Positions 51,291 through 61,329 of a DNA stretch of 64,000 bases are shown here, piece by piece; positions within the stretch are counted from its first letter, which is position 1; every line of letters starts with the position of its first letter. This stretch comes from Candidatus Heimdallarchaeota archaeon. GTDB lineage: Archaea; Asgardarchaeota; Heimdallarchaeia; Hodarchaeales; Hodarchaeaceae. Position numbers and translations under genes: made by a program. Location of the stretch: assembly GCA_020353515.1 (NCBI GenBank), contig CP070695.1, forward strand, positions 537,173-601,172, written 5' to 3'. The notes below the pieces were generated by a model. It was not told where the DNA came from. It ran no database searches and saw only the letters and a list, made by a program, of their open reading frames with translations.

Positions 51291-53015
51291 CTAACCTGTA
51301 CGTTTACCTTTTTTTGTTACCTTAGCTCGGAGAACGAAGATCAGTAGAGACGAAATCAGGATTAATATCACTGTTGTAAGAGCTGCAAAGAAATAATCAG
51401 GTTCTGCACCCTTTATCAGAGCAACTATGAAGACTGGAGCGGTGATGGATTCAGGAGAAACAGCTAAAGTTGCTCCTGTTTCCCCAATACTGCGGGTGAA
51501 AGACATAATGGCTCCAGCGATAATTGAAAATTTTACTACTGGAAAAGTAACATGACGAAATGTTTGGATTGGCCGTGCACCTAAGCTTCGTGCAGCATCT
51601 TCATATGCAGGATCAAGTTCAGCCAATCCTCCAATGGTGTTTCTAACAATAAAAGGAAAAGTCATGCTAATATGTGCCATAATAACAAAAAAGAATTCAT
51701 TTGTAGGAAAAATGATTTGAGTAGTCCAGAATAAACCTACACTAAACCCTAATGCTGCACTAGGTACAACATAAGGAATATCGACAAGTGCGTCAAGAAT
51801 ACGGGAAAAAAAATGGTTTTTACGTGTGATAAGAATTGCCATGGGAACTCCTAATCCCACATTAACAAGTGTAGCAATAGCAGCTACTACTACCGATAAC
51901 AAAATACTCTGTCCAAAAAGAAGCCAATCAGCAGTGAGAAGTTTTTCAGGACTTACACCTTGAAAAATGTAAAAAATCAAAAAAAAAGAGGGAATTAAGA
52001 CGAAAAAAACTAGGAAACCAAAGGATAAAATTGAACGAGCTTTTGGTGCGGTACCCTCACTGACCCTCCATTCAAAACTTGGAAACACTCGTCGAAACGG
52101 TAATTTTGCTTGTTTTGCTAAAATTTTTGCGAGAAAAACTAAAAATAATGCAATACCGATCATTAATACACTAACAAAAGCCATTCCAGGTAATAGATAA
52201 CCGAGGGGTTCTTCTCCTGCCGCAATTGCATCTTTATATTCACCTTTCCAATTACCGATTAACACCGTACCCGTCTGTTTGAGACTACTAATAGTAGCTA
52301 AAACAGTCATCACTCCACCAGTATCACTTAAACTTTTAGCAAGACTTAGTACCATTGCTGTTGCGACTCCAGACCTAAATAAAGGAAGTGTTACAGTCCT
52401 TGCTGCTGTAAACTTACTTGCTCCACATGTTCGAGCAGCGATTTCTAGAGTGATGTCAATTTCATCTAATATGGCCGCTAATGAACGAACGACGTATGGA
52501 AAGGTCGTAGTAAAATGGAAGAGAACTAAAATAGGTAGAGCATCTTGTATGAAATCTAAAGCTAAAAATGGTTTTACAGGGACACTAGGAGTTACTCCCC
52601 AAAAAAGAGCGACTGAGAAACCAAGACCAGCTGTTGGAACAGCTAAAGGGAGTTCAATAATGCTATTTAAGATAGATTTAAACCGAAATTCTTTTCGTAC
52701 CAATATCCAAGCAATAGGGAGACCAAAGAATAAATCTATTATTGTTACCGTAACTGACACAATAATTGAGTATAGCAGTGCTTCCAAAATCTCAGATAAG
52801 ATTGTTGGATTAGAGAGTACCACAGATTGGATAACGGTAAATTCCAAGACTGCATAGATTAAAACAAATATCGTTGGAAATAAGACAAGGGATATAAAAA
52901 ATAAAATAATAAAAAAATACCACAAATAAGAGACGATAGGTTTTGATACGAATTCAATAAACCTAGTTTGATACTCTTTGAATTGTTGTTGAGGTGAACT
53001 GGGAATCAGTGTCAT
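51291..53015 (-). CDS. Fused double-domain ABC importer permease (CysT/ModB/FbpB-like)
   Basis: Two EAA loops (LEIAARTCGAS, YEDAARSLGA); PLAVPTAGLG/PYVVPSAALG; SIGETGAT. Confidence 0.9.
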   Translation of the reverse strand: MTLIPSSPQQQFKEYQTRFIEFVSKPIVSYLWYFFIILFFISLVLFPTIFVLIYAVLEFTVIQSVVLSNPTILSEILEALLYSIIVSVTVTIIDLFFGLPIAWILVRKEFRFKSILNSIIELPLAVPTAGLGFSVALFWGVTPSVPVKPFLALDFIQDALPILVLFHFTTTFPYVVRSLAAILDEIDITLEIAARTCGASKFTAARTVTLPLFRSGVATAMVLSLAKSLSDTGGVMTVLATISSLKQTGTVLIGNWKGEYKDAIAAGEEPLGYLLPGMAFVSVLMIGIALFLVFLAKILAKQAKLPFRRVFPSFEWRVSEGTAPKARSILSFGFLVFFVLIPSFFLIFYIFQGVSPEKLLTADWLLFGQSILLSVVVAAIATLVNVGLGVPMAILITRKNHFFSRILDALVDIPYVVPSAALGFSVGLFWTTQIIFPTNEFFFVIMAHISMTFPFIVRNTIGGLAELDPAYEDAARSLGARPIQTFRHVTFPVVKFSIIAGAIMSFTRSIGETGATLAVSPESITAPVFIVALIKGAEPDYFFAALTTVILILISSLLIFVLRAKVTKKGKRTG

Positions 53016-53128
53016 CGTTTAGCCTGCTGTTCTTTTAGAAGATTCTAGGTTTGTTCTGAAATTTAAAGAAAAACATTTCACGTCTTTTATTAATCATTTA
53101 AATCTGTTCATTTGCTATTGAATGATTA

Positions 53129-53169
53129 AGTCAATATAGAAGTCAATATGTACATATAGTAGTCAATAT
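53129..53169. promoter_or_regulatory. Three AGTCAATAT direct repeats plus ATATGTACATAT palindrome in a divergent promoter region
   Basis: Repeats at 53129, 53141 and 53161; palindrome 53146-53157. Confidence 0.55.
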
Positions 53170-53335
53170 ATGCACTTTTAATCAGGGTTTGATTTTTTAA
53201 TTGATGTTATATGATTCTCCCTTCATTCATTAATCTCATAGAAGGTATGTTGTGTAGTAAAACATGGGAATTATTTTGTTATGGGTTAATAGTTCCTTTT
53301 TTAGATAATAAAATTTCACAAATGTTCTATTATAG

Positions 53336-54340
53336 GTGAAATTCATGAAAGAAATACAAGTTACCCTTCCTACTGATCGTAAAACCTTGATGGAGGAATT
53401 TCTTAAGGAATTCTCTCTCCAAGCTACCAGTTACGATTTTGGGGAATCTTTTCGCTTTGAATGTCGGATTGATGACTATCAAACAAATTATGCTTTAGAG
53501 GAATTGAAAGCCCGAGGGATCGGGGTGGCATATGGTGATATTGTTGTTAGACCTGTGTCTCTCCTCATTTCAAGTAGAAAAGAAGAAGATGTATTACCTG
53601 CAAGCGCGGGAGTGAATAGACAAGAAATACTCGCCAATCTAGGTGAGATATCTGGTCTTTCAAGTTCTTACCTTCTTATGAATATACTCGCTGCGGCTTT
53701 AGCCGCTTTTGGTCTTCTTAACAATGATGTGGTTGTTATTATTGCTAGTATGATTGTAGCTCCCCTCTTGGGTCCAATTGTCCTCACGTCACTTGGATTA
53801 TTGAGTCTCGAAACGACATCTTATATCAAACGAGGATTACTCGCTGAAATATCAGGTATTTCTGTTACAGTAATAGTTGGAGCTTTGATCGGAATCGTAT
53901 TCCAATCTTTGGAAAGAATCGACGCTGATAAGCTAAAGGAACTAGGTTATTCTGAAATAATGAATCGTACGGCTTTAACTGTTCCCACTATCTCTCTTGC
54001 ATTGTTGGGTGGTCTTGCAGCAGGAATAATTGTCGCTCGGGGTCTTGATGTTTCAATTGTAGGGGTAGCTATCGCTGCAAGTTTATGTCCACCTGCAGCA
54101 ACAATTGGTATTCTGGGAGCGTTGGGTGCTTGGAGTCTTGCTCTTAAAGCAACAAGTCTTTTACTCCTAAACATCTTGGCGATTAATCTCTCTTGTACTG
54201 GGGTTTTTTGGATATTTGGAGTCAAAAGTAGAGGGCTTTCCAAAAGACAAGCAGAAAAAGTAAGACGTATGAATATAATTTGGATTTTTGTGGTCACACT
54301 TCTCTTAATATTGATTCTTCTTTCTGCTGGAACCACTTAA
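53336..54340 (+). CDS. DUF389/TIGR00341-type membrane protein
   Basis: IIASMIVAPLLGP, GVAIAASLCPPA, LLLLNILAINL. Confidence 0.85.
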   Translation: MKFMKEIQVTLPTDRKTLMEEFLKEFSLQATSYDFGESFRFECRIDDYQTNYALEELKARGIGVAYGDIVVRPVSLLISSRKEEDVLPASAGVNRQEILANLGEISGLSSSYLLMNILAAALAAFGLLNNDVVVIIASMIVAPLLGPIVLTSLGLLSLETTSYIKRGLLAEISGISVTVIVGALIGIVFQSLERIDADKLKELGYSEIMNRTALTVPTISLALLGGLAAGIIVARGLDVSIVGVAIAASLCPPAATIGILGALGAWSLALKATSLLLLNILAINLSCTGVFWIFGVKSRGLSKRQAEKVRRMNIIWIFVVTLLLILILLSAGTT

Positions 54341-54349
54341 TGAGGAAAT

Positions 54350-56668
54350 TTACTCCTCACTCTCTTCATTCTCTTTATCATCTAATTGTACAATACAAAG
54401 ACGGCCTTCAACTACATCGATTTTTGCATTGATTTCATTCTGATTTATCATTTCATAAACTAGTTCTTCGAGCTCCTTCGGATCAATCTCGACATTCTTT
54501 GCTAAAGTTTCGATTGGAACACTACCAATCTTCCTGATCCTTATCGCTAGTTCTTCCCTTTGTTTTTTTCTCAATAGAGCATCAGAAAGCATCCCTGCCA
54601 CCGCTATTACACGTTGAAGATCTCCTTTTTGATATGCATGGAATACATCATAGATAATGTTGCCAAACGACCCTAAATTACGCGATAATACTTCCTGTAC
54701 TAGTTTAACACCAAATTCGCTCTGATGTTCAATGATCTCAAGTGCTACCAATCCTGCATCGAATTTTGCAAGCCCAAGCCAGATCTCATCTGGTTTAATA
54801 CCTGGAGATTCATAATGACTCAGATATGTTCGAATAGCTCGTCTTTGCAAAGTCACATTGCGTGCAGAAATCATTCCAATTAATGTACGGACATGTTCTC
54901 GTTCAATTGGTGATAATGATTTTGTAATATGGTAATCAACTACTTGTTTCAGTAATTGTTCAATGAATTGAATATCTTGTTTACTTATGGAAATAATTAA
55001 TGAAACCTTTTGAGCAAATGTAACAAAATCTGGAGATTCTAAATCCGTTAGTAACCAACCCAAGAGTTCTTTCGTAAAAGGCAAAGGTCTAGGTTTTAAA
55101 AAATCTACATAAATTGGGATTAATTGAATATGTTGGGTTTCTAAAGCCGCAGTAAGCTTTTTTGCAGCATAAGTAGCCATATCTGCATTCTTTGAGATAG
55201 CATCACCAATGCCCTGAACTAGTTCACTTTCAGAATCGATAGTTTCCAATTTTAGGAGAGTCTGAATTGCGTCTGTGAATGCCTCTTGACTCTCATATTG
55301 GATACTAGGTTCTCCTTTTTCATTCTCCTTCGAGGTTGAATTTAAAACGTCTTCTTCAATCACAACTGTTGTTTTTTGCTCTGAAGATGGAAACTCGTCT
55401 GATAGCTCCTGCATTAGGCCTTCGATCATTTCCTGTGTGAGAGTTAAGGATGTGTCATCAAAATCATAATTTTTAGGTATAGTATCTAATAACTCAACTG
55501 TTGGAGGGGGAGAATCGCTCTCAACACCTGGCGCAGGCTTTGTACTAACTCTTGTTTCTGTTTCATCTTCTTCAGTTTCAGAAGTAGGTTCAACTTTGTA
55601 CGAAAGCTGAGTTACTAAGTCTTCAAGAGTACGTTCAGCACTGATTTCTTCTGATTCAACCGAAACGTCCTTGATAGAGAGACCCATGCTCTTTAAAATT
55701 GGTGTTAAATCCTTTTTATCTTTTATTTTGAGAAGATCCTCCATGATGACGTTGAAACCCTTAGAACGGAGAGAAGTAACCTCACTGGCTTCGTCAGGAC
55801 CAACAACCAAATGATCCACTATTCCAGAGCACAACTCTGCAATTCCGAGTAATGTAGGTTTGACACCTAATAATTGAAGAATAAACTGCTCTCTAAAGGT
55901 GAATTGGCTAGGACAAACCAACGTAGATGGAGCCTTTGATTCTTTAATGGTCTTTGTGAATTCTTTATGTAACACAAGGAGAGCTAATGAGCAAGGATCT
56001 TCAGCTAACCAGAGAATTGCATCAGCTTCATCAATAACTTTTCTTATTTCATCAGTTAAGATGTCTCTCCCCAAATCTAACCCGAGAAGTTCAATAGGCT
56101 TTTTCCCTTTCTTTTTGTCTTTGCCTTCTGTACTTTCTACAAGGAGGTTTTGAAGTTCTTCAAGATCCGTTTTTTGTTCGGCTCCTCGATCCACGAAACC
56201 TGTGATCTGGAAGTAGCGTAATGGAACTTGGGAGGTCGGGGTTTTAATTGTAACAACCTCCTCAGGAAATTTCAAGGGATAAGCTTCAAGAGATTTCCCA
56301 GCATATTCATTCAATGCTTTAAAAAAATCGTAAAAGCTTTGTTTCGCCTTTTTTCTTTCACTAACCCATTGTACTAAGAACATTTCTGCATCGTTAAATG
56401 GTATTCGGGTTTGAGAAATTGACTGTGAGAAAATTTTAGCCAATGAACTTGTAGTCAAGTCATCAGGCACAATCGCACTAGCTAACTTTACTACTTCATG
56501 ATGATACCATACATCTCCCACACCTTTACCTTGATTATAAGTTAATGCAAAATCAGCGGTCGTGTTGAGAATCATTGTAAATCCTATACCAGCATGGAGA
56601 AATTCCAAAACTAGGGGAGGAAGATCAACTCCTGCTGATATTACCACTAACCGCTTTTCTGTTCCCAT
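54350..56668 (-). CDS. Degenerate CofD-like domain + acidic linker + helical region + C-terminal PCI domain
   Basis: N-terminal ~330 aa follow CofD motif order; C-terminus VPIETLAKNVEIDPKELEELVYEMINQNEINAKID fits the PCI winged helix. Confidence 0.75.
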   Translation of the reverse strand: MGTEKRLVVISAGVDLPPLVLEFLHAGIGFTMILNTTADFALTYNQGKGVGDVWYHHEVVKLASAIVPDDLTTSSLAKIFSQSISQTRIPFNDAEMFLVQWVSERKKAKQSFYDFFKALNEYAGKSLEAYPLKFPEEVVTIKTPTSQVPLRYFQITGFVDRGAEQKTDLEELQNLLVESTEGKDKKKGKKPIELLGLDLGRDILTDEIRKVIDEADAILWLAEDPCSLALLVLHKEFTKTIKESKAPSTLVCPSQFTFREQFILQLLGVKPTLLGIAELCSGIVDHLVVGPDEASEVTSLRSKGFNVIMEDLLKIKDKKDLTPILKSMGLSIKDVSVESEEISAERTLEDLVTQLSYKVEPTSETEEDETETRVSTKPAPGVESDSPPPTVELLDTIPKNYDFDDTSLTLTQEMIEGLMQELSDEFPSSEQKTTVVIEEDVLNSTSKENEKGEPSIQYESQEAFTDAIQTLLKLETIDSESELVQGIGDAISKNADMATYAAKKLTAALETQHIQLIPIYVDFLKPRPLPFTKELLGWLLTDLESPDFVTFAQKVSLIISISKQDIQFIEQLLKQVVDYHITKSLSPIEREHVRTLIGMISARNVTLQRRAIRTYLSHYESPGIKPDEIWLGLAKFDAGLVALEIIEHQSEFGVKLVQEVLSRNLGSFGNIIYDVFHAYQKGDLQRVIAVAGMLSDALLRKKQREELAIRIRKIGSVPIETLAKNVEIDPKELEELVYEMINQNEINAKIDVVEGRLCIVQLDDKENEESEE

Positions 56669-56947
56669 TTTTAAGCCTCAAGGCCATTTCAAAACTAGTA
56701 AATTTCGTATTATTGCTAGATATGTACTATAATTAGCATATAAGTCGGGTTTGTTTCTCTTTTTTATTGTCTCTCCAATTCTTTAATAAGAATGTCTTTT
56801 TGTACTTTTTCTCTTATAAATCAAATCAAAAAAAAGGTTAATTCACTAAATTCTCCTTAATAACTTCATTAAATTAAATACATTTTTTTTTCCTTAAGAT
56901 AAAGGTCTTTATTATTCTAAAAAAGAAGTCATACGATTTATCAGCAT

Positions 56948-57376
56948 TTAAGAATCAACTACTGTAAAGGAATATGTATCAGAAACTAGTATATTGTTTT
57001 TTTTATCACTTATCACGAAATATAAGTCAAATTGAGTTCCTACTGAAATAAAAGGTCCTAATCGGATCAAAAATCTAGGTGGACAACATAGAATAACGTA
57101 ACGTCTTAGAGCTCTGGAGACCCATTCACTCTCATTCAATCTATAATAAATTTTACAAAATTCTATACCAGAAACATCTTCAACAAATATTTGAATTGTA
57201 GAAGATGTATTCACTTTGGGATGAGGATTGTACCCTACTGATATTATTCTTGGGGGATCTTTATCATTAATCATACGAAGAAAATTAATACCTACAAATC
57301 CTCCTATTAACATAGTAATGGTGATAGCTATCACAATGATGATTTTCTTCACAGAGGCCATGTAATAGACGCTCAA
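56948..57376 (-). CDS. Small membrane-anchored Ig-like protein with CCPP motif
   Basis: N-terminal TM; DKDPPRI..VEDVSGI..IYYR..W Ig-like pattern; ILCCPP. Confidence 0.7.
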   Translation of the reverse strand: MSVYYMASVKKIIIVIAITITMLIGGFVGINFLRMINDKDPPRIISVGYNPHPKVNTSSTIQIFVEDVSGIEFCKIYYRLNESEWVSRALRRYVILCCPPRFLIRLGPFISVGTQFDLYFVISDKKNNILVSDTYSFTVVDS

Positions 57377-57475
57377 ATGTCAGTATACTTTTGCTATAGC
57401 TTTCTTTCACCATAATGAATTTAAATATATTGGTTTTAGCTACTTCAGAACATTTCTTTTCTTACAAAAGGGTCT

Positions 57476-58516
57476 TTGAAAATGATTTGGAATTTTCACA
57501 TTGCCATTGAACTACTACTAGGCTTTTTAACTCTCATATTATCGGCATACGGTGCATATGTGGCTTATAAAATCATGATAAGTCAGAATGAGGAGAATTC
57601 TCAAACTCCTGAAAAGGAAAAAGAGAATTTTTATTATTTATTAAGTATGATTTCAGTAATATTGCTTGTATCCCGTTCTCTCAATGTTTTTTACTTTTAT
57701 TATGTTCTAGTATCACTTGTTCCGATCATCCCTGGATCTATGTGCCCTTATGGGGTATTGGATGCATCTCTCCCCTCTATTGGTTTTTTAGATCTTATAA
57801 TAAAATTTATAGTTCCTTTTGCTTATGGTGCATGGTTAATCCTTGATCATATCAATAAAAAGACACGAAAACTCGTTCTAACAGCTTTTCTATCCAAATT
57901 GTATGTGTTTGGTATGTTTCCGTTACTCTTAATTGACTCTGGTCTGGATTGGATATATTTCTGGTTTTTGGAACCTATAGAGGTCAATTGTTGTCGTAAT
58001 GTTCTTAATGAAGCCTTTAGTTATAATCCCATTCAAATCCTTGGGCCAGAGACGGCATTGATTTCGTTTCTCTTCACTATGGCCCTTTTGTTGATAATCA
58101 TAATACTACAGTTATTTCAAGATCACAATCCACTTTTCTTATTTGGATCCCTTCTTCTAGCGATTCTAGCTGTCCCGTTTTTCCTAATAGCAATCCAAGA
58201 ATTTATTGCTCCTGTTTGGATCACAACATCTAAGGATTTGCTTAAACAACCTCTAGGTGAACCTCATCATTGTCCATTTTGTTTAGTAAAACGATGGTGG
58301 ACAATGATCCCATATCTTTTGCTAATTTGGCTTGGTTTAGCCTCAGTAGGATGGGAGGCCATTATAAGGGGAGTTACTAAGAAAAACATTGAAATCAAGG
58401 AGGAAACCCAACCAATTCTACGTTATTTACGGTTAACAAGTTTGATTAGTCTCATCAGTGGTTTTATAATATTGAGTGGTCACTTTGCTTTCTTTATAGT
58501 GATCGATCTAATTTAA
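57476..58516 (+). CDS. Polytopic membrane protein with GxMC, CC and HHCPFC motifs
   Basis: ~8 TM; GSMCPYG, NCCR, PHHCPFC. Confidence 0.8.
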   Translation: MKMIWNFHIAIELLLGFLTLILSAYGAYVAYKIMISQNEENSQTPEKEKENFYYLLSMISVILLVSRSLNVFYFYYVLVSLVPIIPGSMCPYGVLDASLPSIGFLDLIIKFIVPFAYGAWLILDHINKKTRKLVLTAFLSKLYVFGMFPLLLIDSGLDWIYFWFLEPIEVNCCRNVLNEAFSYNPIQILGPETALISFLFTMALLLIIIILQLFQDHNPLFLFGSLLLAILAVPFFLIAIQEFIAPVWITTSKDLLKQPLGEPHHCPFCLVKRWWTMIPYLLLIWLGLASVGWEAIIRGVTKKNIEIKEETQPILRYLRLTSLISLISGFIILSGHFAFFIVIDLI

Positions 58517-58654
58517 CTGATATACCAAGAACTCTTTATGAAAGTTTTAAACAAAGAGACCAATGGAAATTTTTTGAACTAATACTGATTAGTACAAGGG
58601 ATTAGGTATTTAATTCAAATAAGAAGTTCCTAGAAAATATAAGGTGAAAATTCA

Positions 58655-59815
58655 ATGACCATGAATTTCGATTTACCTGAAGAATCCATGATGATGCGTG
58701 ACGCAGTACGAGAGTTTGCTGAAAAGGAGATTCAACCAATAGCAGCGGAGCTAGATGAAAAAGAAGAATACTCACCAGAACTAACGAAAAGAATGGGGGA
58801 TCTTGGATTAATGGGAATTACAATTCCCGAGAAATATGGTGGTTGTGGACTTACGTACCTTTCATACATAGTGGCAGTTGAAGAACTTGCTAGAGTTGAT
58901 GGTTCCCAAGCAGCAACCGTGGCAGCTCATAATTCGCTTGGAATAGGGCCAATTTATTATTTTGGGTCGGATGAACAGAAAGAGCACTATTTACCAAAGC
59001 TTACTACAGGTGAAAAAGTGTGGGGATTTGGTTTGACTGAACCAGAAGCAGGAAGTGATGCAGGGGGTACTAAAACTAAAGCAGTGCAAGATGGTAACGA
59101 GTGGCTTATCAATGGATCCAAAATTTTTATCACTAATGGATCAACTCCGGCATCGCTTGGTTCTACAGTTCAAGCAGTCACAGGTACAAGATCAGATGGA
59201 CGTGGCAAAGAATATACTTGTTTCCTGGTAGATCAGGGGACTGAGGGGTTCGAAACCAGAACAATGCATAAGAAGATTTGCTGGCGCGCATCAATCACAT
59301 CAGAACTTTATTTCACAGATTGTAGGGTGCCAGAAAGTCAAATGCTTGGTTCTCGTGGAGAAGGTTTTTATCAGATGCTAGATACTCTTGATAAAGGAAG
59401 ACTATCTATTGGCGCTATGGGATTAGGTTGTGCTCAAGGTGCTTTTGAACTCGCACTAGAATATGCTAAACAGAGAAAGGCTTTTGGTCGGCCTATAGCA
59501 AAATTTCAAGCAAATGCATTCAAACTAGCTGATATGGCAGTAGAAATTGAGGCTGCACGAAACCTCCTCTATAAAGCAACGTGGCTTTTTGATCAAGGTA
59601 GAGATGAATATAAAACTTTAGCTGCAATGGCAAAACTGTATTGCTCTGAGGTTTCCAAAAGAGTCGTTCACCAAGCAGTCCAGCTGCATGGTGGATACGG
59701 GTTGATGAAAGAATATCCTGTTGAACGTTTCTATCGAGACCAAAGATTACTAGAAATCGGAGAAGGAACCAGCGAAATTCAACGCCTTGTTATAGCCAGA
59801 AAGCTGGGTTGTTAG
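58655..59815 (+). CDS. Acyl-CoA dehydrogenase
   Basis: LTEPEAGSDA, NGSKIFITN, QLHGGYG, EIGEGTSEIQR. Confidence 0.96.
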   Translation: MTMNFDLPEESMMMRDAVREFAEKEIQPIAAELDEKEEYSPELTKRMGDLGLMGITIPEKYGGCGLTYLSYIVAVEELARVDGSQAATVAAHNSLGIGPIYYFGSDEQKEHYLPKLTTGEKVWGFGLTEPEAGSDAGGTKTKAVQDGNEWLINGSKIFITNGSTPASLGSTVQAVTGTRSDGRGKEYTCFLVDQGTEGFETRTMHKKICWRASITSELYFTDCRVPESQMLGSRGEGFYQMLDTLDKGRLSIGAMGLGCAQGAFELALEYAKQRKAFGRPIAKFQANAFKLADMAVEIEAARNLLYKATWLFDQGRDEYKTLAAMAKLYCSEVSKRVVHQAVQLHGGYGLMKEYPVERFYRDQRLLEIGEGTSEIQRLVIARKLGC

Positions 59816-59826
59816 CAACATATTCT

Positions 59827-60348
59827 TTATAGAGGATTAATTTCCTTTAACATGATGAAAAAATCCATCACTTCCCCCCACTTAATGGATTCACTACTCG
59901 GAGGTTTTTCTAAAGAATATCGAATGTAAGCTACTTGAGCAAAATGATGGATTGCATGTAAGGAGGTTCTTTCAACCATCCAAGCAAGGGTTCCTGGTTT
60001 TTGAAGATTATCTTCCTTAAATGCTGGTTTTCTAGGAATAATTTCATCTTTAGCTGCAATATCGATTAATCCAGTAATGTGTACTTCAAGTTGTTTGTAA
60101 CGATCCATTATTTCTGTAAAAGAAGCCTCTTTGAAAAGATAATCGAAAGTATCATCACCTAGTGTCTTAAGCCAGTAAACCTCTGCATTAACGATATGTC
60201 GAAGATAACTTTGAATTGTCCTTGCTCTTGTTCCTTCAGGACGCCATGTTAATTCATCCAAAGTCAAGCCTTCAAGCTGACGATATCCATAGGTTCTGAT
60301 AATCTGAACTAGTTCCTTCAATCGCTGTTGATAAGTAGTGTTTTCCAT
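59827..60348 (-). CDS. DinB/YfiT family protein
   Basis: LRHIVNAEVYW and HAIHHFAQV His triad; likely start MENTT at 60348. Confidence 0.85.
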   Translation of the reverse strand: MENTTYQQRLKELVQIIRTYGYRQLEGLTLDELTWRPEGTRARTIQSYLRHIVNAEVYWLKTLGDDTFDYLFKEASFTEIMDRYKQLEVHITGLIDIAAKDEIIPRKPAFKEDNLQKPGTLAWMVERTSLHAIHHFAQVAYIRYSLEKPPSSESIKWGEVMDFFIMLKEINPL

Positions 60349-60642
60349 AGAGATCACAGATTCTGGAATATTCTTCCAATTGGTAAAGCTTAGAATGAAT
60401 CTGCATTGATCAAACAATTTATTAATATTCTACTGAGGATAAACCATGAAGGATTCCTTTCATATCCTCCTAAACTCTGATATCCCATTATTGGAATCTG
60501 AGTTTACCTCGTTTGCCTTCAAAGGAAAGGAACATTCTCGGTTCCTTTTCTTTTCTCCATTATTGAAGCCAGAATTGTATTTTTAGAGAAATTTTACGTT
60601 TTTCTTAATTATTGTGAAATTAACTTACTGAATGGATCTGTT

Positions 60643-61329
60643 TCAGTCATGTATCTTCACTGTTCCATCGCTTAACTTAATTTCGTTTTCAACTACCTCT
60701 AAGATTTGAGGATCGTGAGAAGCTATGATTACTGTTAAAGTACGAGTTTTTTGTAACTCTAATATTAATTGTAGGAATTCATCTGTCAGTTTTGAGTCAA
60801 TATTACTAGAAGGCTCATCTGCAATCAAGATAGGGGGATTGTTGACTAAAGCTCTTGCAAGACATACACGTTGTGCTTCTCCTCCTGATAATTCTTTAAC
60901 GCGAAATCTGAGCCTACTTTCTAAATCTAATTGTTTTAAAACTTTTATTGCCTGGGAATTAGCATCTTTATGTGAAATATCTTGAGAAAGTAATGGAATG
61001 CACACATTTTCAAGAGCTGTAAAGTGAGGTAAGAGATATTGATTTTGAAATATAAAACCGAACTTTTCACGACGGATCTTTGTTAAAACGATTTCTGAAA
61101 GATCATTCATTTGTTCTCCCTCGATTAGAACATGACCCCGAGATGGAGGTGTTAATAAACCTATTAAAGCCAGAAGTGTAGATTTCCCACTTCCAGAAGG
61201 TCCTGTAATACAAGTTATTTTTCCTAGTGGAATTTGAATTGAGACATTATGAATCGCATTAACTTGTTGATGTATTGCACGATAGATTTTCCAAAGATTC
61301 TGAGTCTCAATAACTGTTTCTGTATCCAT
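60643..61329 (-). CDS. LolD-like ABC ATP-binding protein
   Basis: GPSGSGKS, LSGGEAQR, IADEP, SHD. Confidence 0.95.
   Translation of the reverse strand: MDTETVIETQNLWKIYRAIHQQVNAIHNVSIQIPLGKITCITGPSGSGKSTLLALIGLLTPPSRGHVLIEGEQMNDLSEIVLTKIRREKFGFIFQNQYLLPHFTALENVCIPLLSQDISHKDANSQAIKVLKQLDLESRLRFRVKELSGGEAQRVCLARALVNNPPILIADEPSSNIDSKLTDEFLQLILELQKTRTLTVIIASHDPQILEVVENEIKLSDGTVKIHD

Noticed and set aside
52279-52857. 192-aa plus-strand ORF inside the ABC permease, and the similar short antisense ORFs in the P-type ATPase, XDH and FtsX genes
   Set aside because: Antisense shadows of conserved genes
60435-60469. Hairpin containing ATGA considered as a SECIS element
   Set aside because: It lacks the GA quartet/apical AA geometry, and I saw no in-frame TGA at a catalytic Cys position in nearby genes
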